From Candidatus Scalindua sp. (lineage in GTDB: Bacteria; Planctomycetota; Brocadiia; Brocadiales; Scalinduaceae), in assembly GCA_031316235.1 (NCBI GenBank), contig JALDRA010000001.1, forward strand, positions 3,090,001-3,122,000: a DNA stretch of 32,000 nucleotides, in the 5' to 3' direction. Positions 18,108 through 25,983 of this stretch are shown piece by piece. A program made the position numbers and the translations under genes. The notes under the pieces are model-generated. The model saw only the letters and a list, made by a program, of their open reading frames with translations, made no database searches and was not told where the DNA came from. How positions within the stretch are numbered: the first letter of the stretch is position 1; the number at the start of each line of letters is the position of its first letter.

Positions 18108-19412
18108 ATGAGAAGGATTCTCTTTGTAGATGATGAGGCGAATGTACTTCAAGGGTTAAAAAGAATGCTGCGTAAAATGCGCTACGAATGGGATACAGAG
18201 TATGTAAGCAGTGGAAAAGAAGCGCTGGATTGCATGGCCAAATCTCCATTTGATGTTGTTGTTTCAGATATGAGGATGCCGAGAATGGATGGTGTGGAAC
18301 TCCTTGGTACTGTTATGGAGCAATATCCGGAAACTGTCCGCATCATACTTTCTGGTCATTCTGATAAAGGGATGATAATGAAGACCGTAAAGTGTACGCA
18401 TCAGTTTTTAGTAAAGCCCTGTGATGCTGAAACTGTCAGGTACACCATAGAACGTGCCTGTAAACTTCAGGACCTTCTCAGAGATGAGAAACTGAAAAAG
18501 ATAGTAGCTGGCATAAAGGACTTGCCCAGTCTGCCCTCATTATACGGGATGATTGTCAAGGAGATGCAATCACCTGATGCTTCTATCAGGAAAGTAGGAG
18601 AAATTATCTCTCAGGATGTCTCAATGTCAGCAAAGGTCTTGCAGATTGTTAATTCAGCCTACTTCGGCCTTCCCAGGAAGTTAACAGACCCGCAACAGGC
18701 CGCAGTTTATTTAGGTATAGAAACCTTAAAGGCACTTGTACTTTCTATTCATGTTTTTTCTTCTTTTACAAAAGAGGCCGAGTTATTTGGGTTATCGTTT
18801 ACTCAAATGTGGAGACATAGTTTGATGGTAGCCAGGCTTGCAAAGGAGATTGCACGAGCTGAAAAGGTGGAGACGAAGGCTTTAGAGGAAGCATTTATTT
18901 CCGGGATATTGCATGACATAGGGAAATTAATTTTATTGAAGGTTCCTGGTCAATACAGGAAGATGAAGGATTTTGTTGAAATCACTGGGGGGAGTTCCCT
19001 GGAAGCCGAACAAGCTGTTTTGAAAACATCTCACGCGGAATTAGGAGCTTATTTATTAGGGCTCTGGGGGTTACCTGATCGCATCATTGAAACAATAGCC
19101 TTTCATCATGAACCCTCAAAGTTGATTGAAAATATATTCGTCAAATTAAACAAAGCATCTGATAATGGCGGGGAGAAGAGCGCTCCTGACGAGGGCCTGG
19201 TAAATTTGAAATCGATTAAAAACTATTCAACCGAATTTGCCACAATGTTATCCGTGCATGTGGCAAATGCATTGATGATGCAGGGGAAATGCACCCCGGA
19301 AACTACTGTTTTTCCCAACCTTGATATGTTATTTATCAGGACACTCAAATTATCAGACAAGTTACCCGAGTGGGTTTCACGTTATAACGATATAGTGAAG
19401 GAAGAGGAATAA
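18108..19412 (+). CDS. Response regulator with REC + HDOD output domain, tandem paralog of 16474..17775
   Basis: Same architecture and length (434 vs 433 aa). About two-thirds of residues are identical by eye, with many synonymous nucleotide differences. Confidence 0.88.
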   Translation: MRRILFVDDEANVLQGLKRMLRKMRYEWDTEYVSSGKEALDCMAKSPFDVVVSDMRMPRMDGVELLGTVMEQYPETVRIILSGHSDKGMIMKTVKCTHQFLVKPCDAETVRYTIERACKLQDLLRDEKLKKIVAGIKDLPSLPSLYGMIVKEMQSPDASIRKVGEIISQDVSMSAKVLQIVNSAYFGLPRKLTDPQQAAVYLGIETLKALVLSIHVFSSFTKEAELFGLSFTQMWRHSLMVARLAKEIARAEKVETKALEEAFISGILHDIGKLILLKVPGQYRKMKDFVEITGGSSLEAEQAVLKTSHAELGAYLLGLWGLPDRIIETIAFHHEPSKLIENIFVKLNKASDNGGEKSAPDEGLVNLKSIKNYSTEFATMLSVHVANALMMQGKCTPETTVFPNLDMLFIRTLKLSDKLPEWVSRYNDIVKEEE

Positions 19413-19415
19413 GCA

Positions 19416-22250
19416 ATGTTTAAGATCAGAGATAAAATGCTGGTTGCTTTTCTTCCGGTCTTAATTGTACCCATGTGTATTGTTGTCGCGCTGTTTTGCT
19501 TCTATACAATAAGTTATATGAAAGAGAACAGGGAAGACGAGATAACTCAGCAGACAAGAAAAAAAAAAGATAAAGTGATGCAGCATCTCTGTTCTGGAGA
19601 GAAAGACGTTCTTCTGCTGAGTAAGAATAGAGCCATTTTTAACTTAACAGATGCTGTTGACAGGAAAGATATTGAGCACATAGATTATTGCAGGACGGTA
19701 GTAGAAGATCTCTTTAAAGATTTTTTCGAAAGTAACAGGAACTATTGCCAGATACGGTATATTGATGAATCAGGTATGGAAATCGTTCGAGTTGAAATGG
19801 ATTCAATTGCTCCTCCTGGGAGACTTCAGGACAAAAGTCAGAGCTATTATGTACAGGAGATGTTGAAGCTGAAAGATGGAGATGTCTATGTTTCAGAACT
19901 TGACTTAAACAGGGAGCGGGGAATTATTGAAACACCTCACAGGCCAATGATAAGATATGCGGCTCCCGTCTTCAACAGTTCAGGCCGGGGGAGAGGGGGA
20001 GTTGTCCTGAACTCCAGGGCAGATTCTCAACTCTTTCCTGCATTAAAACAGGAATTCCATGAGAAGTCGGATACATTTTTGATTGATAGAGACGGTTCTT
20101 ATCTTATCCACCCTGATGGGGCAAAATGTTGGGGTGGCCAGTCTGATCTGAATACCAATGAGAACCTGAAAAATGATTTTTCCCCGGAGATATCGTCCCT
20201 TCTTCTGTCAGGGGAATCGGGAGATGTCCTGGTTAATGATCAGTATTACAGCTATATGCCGATTTCTTTTGATCAGTCAGATATCGGGAGATTTTGGGTA
20301 TTGGCTGTGAGTCTTCCAAAAGCTGCTCTCTATTCACCTGTCTATATTTCATGTATTCAGCTCGGGACTTCCGTATTACTTATGCTCGCCGTTGTTATCA
20401 CAGCGTTCTTTTTATTGTCCCGGAGAGTAACAAAACCCTTAAATGAGCTAGTCAAAGGCGTTATAAAATTAACAGAAACAGATTCAGACTTTCATATCCC
20501 TATTACGTCGAATGATGAGATTGCTTTTTTATGTTTTTCGTTTAACAAGGTCTTATATAAGTTAGGCAAGGCGAACAACCAGTTACAGGATTACGCAGAG
20601 CACCTGGAGAAAAAAATTGAAATAAAAACTGAGGAGATCTTTGGTAAGGCCAGGCAGCAAAAACTTGTAGCTGAGATTGGAAAATTACTCTGGTCCAATA
20701 TGAATCTTGAAGTCACAATGCACAGGGTGGTTAAGCTTGTTGCCAAGACCTTACGTATGGAATTCTGCAACATACTTCTGCTGGATAAATCACAGCCGGT
20801 TTTTACTATGGCGAGTGGTGTTGGAGGGGAAGACGGACTCGATGGCCACACCCAGGTCAGTGCTGGAGTGGAGACTCATGCCGGTTATACCCTGAAAGAA
20901 CAAAAACCGGTCGTAGTGAGGGATTTAAGAACGGAAACACGTTTTTCCGATTCACCACTTCTCAGAGAACGTGGGGTTGTTTCAGGCCTCAGTGTTGCCA
21001 TGGTAGTAAAAGGGAAAGCAATAGGTGTGGTAGTGGGCTATACAAAAAAAGAGAGGGTTTTTTCTAAATCTGATATTAATTTCCTGGAATCAGTAGGTCA
21101 AATTATGGCAGCAGCCATCGATCGGAAGAATGCTGAATATGAGATTGTCAGGAGAAAAGAATTTACTGATAAGTTAATAGAAACAGCACAGGATGCAATC
21201 GTTTGTATTGATGAAAATGGAATTATTACTATCTGGAACAAAGCAGCCGAAGTGATTTTCGGGTATTCACATGAAGAGATTATCGGACAGCAAATATTGA
21301 CTATTATTCCTGAAAAATATAAGGAAGATCATAAAAAAGGGCTGAAACTGTTTCTTGAGACCAATGAAACAAGAATTACTGGTAAAACGGTTGAAGTTGA
21401 CGGGAGAAAAAAGAATGGGGAAGAGATACCGATTGACGTGTCTCTTTCCTATCAGAAGGTGGATAACGGGAAATATATATTTACCGCTATAATACGTGAT
21501 ATATCATTCCAGAAAGAGGTAAAAAGGAGATTGCGTGAGAATGCAAGAAGTTTAAAGAAGGTGAACAGGGAATTAGGTGATTTTGTCTATATTGTTTCAC
21601 ATGATTTAAAAGAACCTCTGTTTGCAATTGACGGATACGTTTCGAGATTGTCAAAGATTTGTGGTGATTCACTTGATGAAAGAGGTAAACGCTATATTGA
21701 TAGAATTAAGGTGAATACGAAGGTAATGTCTAACAGGATTCACGAGCTTCTGGAAGTCATTAAGGTAGGGATGGTTGTATATAATTTCGCTGATCACAAG
21801 AGTAAAATTATTGTTGATACTATTGCCCACGAACTGGAAAGCCTTTTAGATAGAGAAAGAATTGAACTCTTCATCCAGGATGACCTGCCTACTGTTTTCT
21901 GTGACCCGAAAAGACTGAAGGATGTATTTTGGAATTTACTTACAAATGCAATCAAATTTATGGGTGAAAATGATACTCGGAAGATTAAGATCGGGTGTGA
22001 AAGAGAAAATGGCCACTACAAGTTCTTTGTCGAGGATAGCGGCATTGGGATAAAAGAGGAGTACCAGAAACAGATCTTTAAAATATTCAGGCGGCTAAAG
22101 GACATAGATGCGGAAGGAACCGGTATCGGTCTGGCAATAGTAAAAAAAATTATCGGCCTTCACCACGGAAAATTGTGGGTGGAAAGTCCGATTCATGACG
22201 GAAGGGGAGCAAAATTCTGTTTCACAATACCAACAGCTAATGAGTACTGA
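19416..22250 (+). CDS. Multidomain membrane sensor histidine kinase (periplasmic sensor - HAMP - GAF - PAS - HisKA - HATPase)
   Basis: Two TM helices flank a ~280-aa extracytoplasmic domain. HAMP-like RRVTKPLNELVKGV, a GAF-like region, PAS (AQDAIVCIDENGIITIWNKAAEVIFGY), H-box VSHDLKEPL, G-box EGTGIGLAIVKKI. The start is 4 nt after the upstream stop. Confidence 0.88.
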   Translation: MFKIRDKMLVAFLPVLIVPMCIVVALFCFYTISYMKENREDEITQQTRKKKDKVMQHLCSGEKDVLLLSKNRAIFNLTDAVDRKDIEHIDYCRTVVEDLFKDFFESNRNYCQIRYIDESGMEIVRVEMDSIAPPGRLQDKSQSYYVQEMLKLKDGDVYVSELDLNRERGIIETPHRPMIRYAAPVFNSSGRGRGGVVLNSRADSQLFPALKQEFHEKSDTFLIDRDGSYLIHPDGAKCWGGQSDLNTNENLKNDFSPEISSLLLSGESGDVLVNDQYYSYMPISFDQSDIGRFWVLAVSLPKAALYSPVYISCIQLGTSVLLMLAVVITAFFLLSRRVTKPLNELVKGVIKLTETDSDFHIPITSNDEIAFLCFSFNKVLYKLGKANNQLQDYAEHLEKKIEIKTEEIFGKARQQKLVAEIGKLLWSNMNLEVTMHRVVKLVAKTLRMEFCNILLLDKSQPVFTMASGVGGEDGLDGHTQVSAGVETHAGYTLKEQKPVVVRDLRTETRFSDSPLLRERGVVSGLSVAMVVKGKAIGVVVGYTKKERVFSKSDINFLESVGQIMAAAIDRKNAEYEIVRRKEFTDKLIETAQDAIVCIDENGIITIWNKAAEVIFGYSHEEIIGQQILTIIPEKYKEDHKKGLKLFLETNETRITGKTVEVDGRKKNGEEIPIDVSLSYQKVDNGKYIFTAIIRDISFQKEVKRRLRENARSLKKVNRELGDFVYIVSHDLKEPLFAIDGYVSRLSKICGDSLDERGKRYIDRIKVNTKVMSNRIHELLEVIKVGMVVYNFADHKSKIIVDTIAHELESLLDRERIELFIQDDLPTVFCDPKRLKDVFWNLLTNAIKFMGENDTRKIKIGCERENGHYKFFVEDSGIGIKEEYQKQIFKIFRRLKDIDAEGTGIGLAIVKKIIGLHHGKLWVESPIHDGRGAKFCFTIPTANEY

Positions 22251-22318
22251 TAGTCATTTCAAATGGATAGAGAAGGAAATGGGCGAATATATTGAAACAC
22301 TATGCAGGTTTGGTGGAT

Positions 22319-23182
22319 ATGCTGAAGGAAACCAAGAAAAAAGTCGTCCTCATAGAAGATGATTCTGATCATGCTGAGTTAATTGTTGATGTACTTCATG
22401 ATGAGGACGTCCACAATGAAATAGTATTATTAAAAGATGGACAAAAGGCAGTCAACTATTTTCAGAATAGAGGAGACAGTGAGAACCGTTTGCTATCTTC
22501 GCAAATTGATTTAGTGTTATTAGATATCAATCTGCCTAAGGTTCAAGGTTTGAATGTTCTCAAATTAATTAAGAGTCTGCCGGAGTTTGGTTCAGTGCCG
22601 ATAGTGGTTTTGACAACGAGTTCAGATTCTCATACAATTGAAAGAGTCTACAGGTATGGGGCGAACGGTTATGTAACGAAACCGATTTCTTATGATGATT
22701 TTGTAGAGAAAATAAGGATGCTGAAAGAGTATTGGTTGAATACTGAGAAATTGTTGTCACAGAAGAAAGCAAAGAAAGGAAGAGTTCTTCTTGCTGATGA
22801 TGATGAGATCTTCCTGCGGGTGACTTCTGCATTGCTTCGCCGTGAGGGGTATGAATGTGTTTGCGCAACCGATGCGGAGACCGTCATGGAGAATCTGAAA
22901 TCATGTTATTACGATCTTTTGATCTCTGACATCTACATGCCTGGGAACGAGGAATTAGAGCTTATTAAATATCTTCAAGGTGTTGGAGATGTTATACCCG
23001 CAATACTGGCGTCAGGGAATCCATCGATACACTCTTCGATTCAATCAATACAATATCCGGTTCTCGCTTATATGTTCAAACCATTTGCCTTTGACAAATT
23101 CCTGGCCCAGGTGAAAATATCAGTTGAAAGATATAGAGGAAGGGGTGAGAAAACAAAAAGAGAGAAACCTGTTGTTCTTTAA
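22319..23182 (+). CDS. Tandem double-receiver (REC-REC) protein without an output domain
   Basis: REC1: KKVVLIEDD..VLLDINLP..YVTKP. REC2: RVLLADDD..LLISDIYMPG..MFKP. The start is uncertain (TTG 22292 or ATG 22319). Confidence 0.8.
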   Translation: MLKETKKKVVLIEDDSDHAELIVDVLHDEDVHNEIVLLKDGQKAVNYFQNRGDSENRLLSSQIDLVLLDINLPKVQGLNVLKLIKSLPEFGSVPIVVLTTSSDSHTIERVYRYGANGYVTKPISYDDFVEKIRMLKEYWLNTEKLLSQKKAKKGRVLLADDDEIFLRVTSALLRREGYECVCATDAETVMENLKSCYYDLLISDIYMPGNEELELIKYLQGVGDVIPAILASGNPSIHSSIQSIQYPVLAYMFKPFAFDKFLAQVKISVERYRGRGEKTKREKPVVL

Positions 23183-23407
23183 CGTAACATTTTCAACCTG
23201 GAATAAGGGTTGCTCTCGATCGGAAAGCCTGCAGCGCTGAACAACTGCTTCTGAAAGGTGTCTGGTGTCTGCTGTAATAACAATAAGAAAAATATATTCA
23301 ATCACCCTGAAACCTGGCGTACGGAACACCGTTGCTGTAAATGGGGATTCACAGAGACGAGAGTCATGAGGTTTCTGGATCTGCCCAGGATGTTTTACCC
23401 CTATAAA

Positions 23408-23590
23408 CTACCTGTTCTCTCCTTTGAAATCATCATCGTTCAAGACATGATCAATTTGTGCCAACAACTCACGGCAAAACTCTTTTTCCGTATCGCTGCC
23501 GCTCAAAATAGCTGCGAGTTTGACTGTTTCTTCTTTGTTCAGTCCTATGGTAACCTCTGGTAAAACTCTTTTTCTATCAACAACTCTCAT
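23408..23590 (-). CDS. Small hypothetical protein (60 aa)
   Basis: Protein-like composition (MRVVDRKRVLPEVTIGLNKEETVKLAAILSG..), unlike the overlapping plus-strand ORF. No family recognised. Confidence 0.35.
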   Translation of the reverse strand: MRVVDRKRVLPEVTIGLNKEETVKLAAILSGSDTEKEFCRELLAQIDHVLNDDDFKGENR

Positions 23591-23738
23591 TTCACACACT
23601 CTTTTCTCATTTTCATGTTGCGGCTGGCTTACCTAATATTTCTGCAGGGTGCCCCAGTCCCTCAATTATCCTTGAATACTGTAAACTTTAACACCAGAAT
23701 TCTGGTATTGCAATGATAATTACCATAAATTTTATATA

Positions 23739-23767
23739 TTGACCGCTCCTGCCATTACTGATAAAAT
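23739..23767 (+). promoter_or_regulatory. Candidate sigma-70 promoter for the cupin-SHOCT gene
   Basis: TTGACC (23739-44), 17 nt, TAAAAT (23762-67). A second -10-like TGTATAAT lies at 23777-23784. Confidence 0.4.
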
Positions 23768-23807
23768 CGACCGCCATGTATAATAGATTTTTTGCAGGAG
23801 AAAAGAA

Positions 23808-24695
23808 TTGATAAAATCATACTGTTTCGCATATTTATTGAAAGGATTTACGTTATACCTGCTTTTTCTTTTATTAGCCGGCGGCTGCAGGACGCTGGAT
23901 ACACCTGCTGAATTTGTTGATTCGTTAAGGAGCCCCACCTCTTTTCCTGACCTGTTTTTCCCAATGGTAAAAGATGTAGATGAAATAATACAGGGGAATG
24001 AACTTCTAGAGGCTGAAACTGTTAAGATTACCCCCATGGGTAAGAATAAAAGTGCGAGTATCCATATCGTCCAGATTCGAGAGGGAGCTGAGATGGGTTT
24101 CTATTCGCATAACTTACATGATGAGCTGGTGTATGTTCATAAGGGCGGAGGCATAATAGAGCTTAATAATACGCGTTACAAGATGAAAGAAGGTATGGTG
24201 CTGATAATACCCAGGAAAACCTGGCACAAGTTGATTAATACGGGAGAAGGTTCTCTCGCCACGCTCTCTTTTTTTTCTCCTCCATTTAATAATGAAGATA
24301 TCAAGGTCCTGAAAGAAACTAAAATAGCAAGGAAAAAGAAAAAAACTATTTATGACAAGGCCATGAAAAAGGATGAAAAATCAGGGGGAGAGGAATCAGA
24401 AGGGAAGAAAAAATGGCTGGGTTTGTGGGATACAAAAGATGAGAACGCCAGCGTGGAAGAGGGTGGACAACCTATTGATGAAGTTGAAGAGCAGAAGATA
24501 CTGGTATTGACGGATGAAGGAAAGCGAAGGATTGCGGAAGTTCAGGAGAAAATGAAAGAAAAGGAAAAGGTATTGCTTGAAAAAATGATTATTGGTGAAA
24601 GGATCAAGGTTTTACAGAAATTAAAGGTTGAGGGACTGATCAGTCAGGAAGAGTTTGAATTGAAAAGAGACGAGATAATTAATGAGAGCAAATAG
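23808..24695 (+). CDS. Cupin-domain lipoprotein with a charged linker and C-terminal SHOCT-like motif
   Basis: TTG start with AGGAG 7 nt upstream. Lipobox LLAGGC. Cupin motifs (FYSHNLHDELVYVHKGGG; MVLIIPRKTWHKLIN). K/E-rich linker. C-terminus LKVEGLISQEEFELKRDEII resembles SHOCT. Confidence 0.75.
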   Translation: MIKSYCFAYLLKGFTLYLLFLLLAGGCRTLDTPAEFVDSLRSPTSFPDLFFPMVKDVDEIIQGNELLEAETVKITPMGKNKSASIHIVQIREGAEMGFYSHNLHDELVYVHKGGGIIELNNTRYKMKEGMVLIIPRKTWHKLINTGEGSLATLSFFSPPFNNEDIKVLKETKIARKKKKTIYDKAMKKDEKSGGEESEGKKKWLGLWDTKDENASVEEGGQPIDEVEEQKILVLTDEGKRRIAEVQEKMKEKEKVLLEKMIIGERIKVLQKLKVEGLISQEEFELKRDEIINESK

Positions 24696-24818
24696 TAGTA
24701 TGGTCTTTCCTGCTTTTCTCTTGTGGAATATGAGGAGGTGAGAAGCAGAATTTCCAGATGGAGGTGTCCCGGTATGGTTGCATTGTGACCGTCGGGTAAC
24801 GATTTAAGGAAAAATTGA

Positions 24819-25580
24819 ATGGAAATCCTTTTGACAAATGATGATGGTATTTATTCTCCCGGTATCCTGTTGCTGAAACAAGCGCTGTTGTCTATCGGTT
24901 CCGTGACTGTTGTCGCGCCTGATGTTCAACAAAGCGGTGTCGGACATTCAATAACATTCAGCCATCCGTTACGGGTACGGGATGTTCACCTCGATAGTGA
25001 ATTTGTTGGTTACGGGATTGATGGTTCACCCGCAGATTGCGTAAAGATTGGAGTCCGGCAAATCATGAAGGAACAACCTGATTTATTGGTTGCGGGTATA
25101 AATATTGGCGCGAATGTTGGTATTAATGTCTTGTATTCAGGAACGGTTGCAGCTGCGATCGAGGGTGCAGTCCTGGGTATTCCTGCTGTTGCAGTCTCGT
25201 TGGAAATTTCGGAATTGCCGCCGGATGTTAAGGGTGCTGCTGATATTGCAGGGGAGATGATTCGGCACATAGTTACGAGAGAGATTCCCAGAGGTACCCT
25301 GCTCAATGTTAATATTCCGCTTATTCCCAAGAAGGAGATTAAGGGGGTAAGGATTACGAAACAGTATTCGGGTGATTTTCATGAACATTATGAACGGCGT
25401 ACCGACCCGCGTGGGTCTGCTTATTATTGGTTGGCGGGAACAGGCTGGCCGGAAGAAGAGGTTACCGGTACGGATATGCATGCACTGAAGGGGGGATACA
25501 TCTCGATTACTCCGCTGAAGTACGATTTGACTGACAATGGATTTTTTAAGGAATTAGAGAGCTGGGATATGGAACTTTGA
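24819..25580 (+). CDS. surE: 5'/3'-nucleotidase SurE
   Basis: Canonical N-terminus MEILLTNDDGIYSPGI, GINIGANVG and YSGTVAAA motifs. 253 aa. Confidence 0.93.
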   Translation: MEILLTNDDGIYSPGILLLKQALLSIGSVTVVAPDVQQSGVGHSITFSHPLRVRDVHLDSEFVGYGIDGSPADCVKIGVRQIMKEQPDLLVAGINIGANVGINVLYSGTVAAAIEGAVLGIPAVAVSLEISELPPDVKGAADIAGEMIRHIVTREIPRGTLLNVNIPLIPKKEIKGVRITKQYSGDFHEHYERRTDPRGSAYYWLAGTGWPEEEVTGTDMHALKGGYISITPLKYDLTDNGFFKELESWDMEL

Positions 25581-25786
25581 CAATTACGCACACTCTACCC
25601 ATTGCAGAGTTATTTTCGGTTTTCAGAGGAACGATATCTTATTCTCAATCACAAAGTCCCCGGCGTTTTTTGCCGGAGGAAAATCTTCAACCTGGTATTA
25701 CCTGGTCCCGGGTTCTGTTCAATCGAAGATCAAAATTCCACGCAGGCTCATGCCCTGAAATTCCAAAGACCATTTTGCAATGGGGA

Positions 25787-25898
25787 TATACTAAAACCGA
25801 TTTGGTTTTCGGTTTTACCGGAAACCAAATCTTGGTGAAGGTATACTCGCTCAATTTTATCTCGGATTTTATCCGAAAACCATTGTAAGATGAGTATA
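25787..25898 (+). repeat. Structured ~112-bp intergenic repeat, copy C (taken as reference)
   Basis: TATACTAAAACCGATTTGGTTTTCGGTTTTACCGGAAACCAAATCTTGGTGAAGGTATACTCGCTCAATTTTATCTCGGATTTTATCCGAAAACCATTGTAAGATGAGTATA. It sits between the convergent surE and gspK-like genes. Confidence 0.9.
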
Positions 25899-25983
25899 AC
25901 GATAAGAACCCGGTCGGGAAAAGAGTATTTTTTAACCCGTATTGGGTATAGGCCCGGTATCTTGAATCGGGTATGTTTGATTT

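Noticed and set aside
23258-23563. 101-aa plus-strand ORF
   Set aside because: The Cys/Phe-rich translation is implausible, and it overlaps the more protein-like minus-strand 60-aa ORF.
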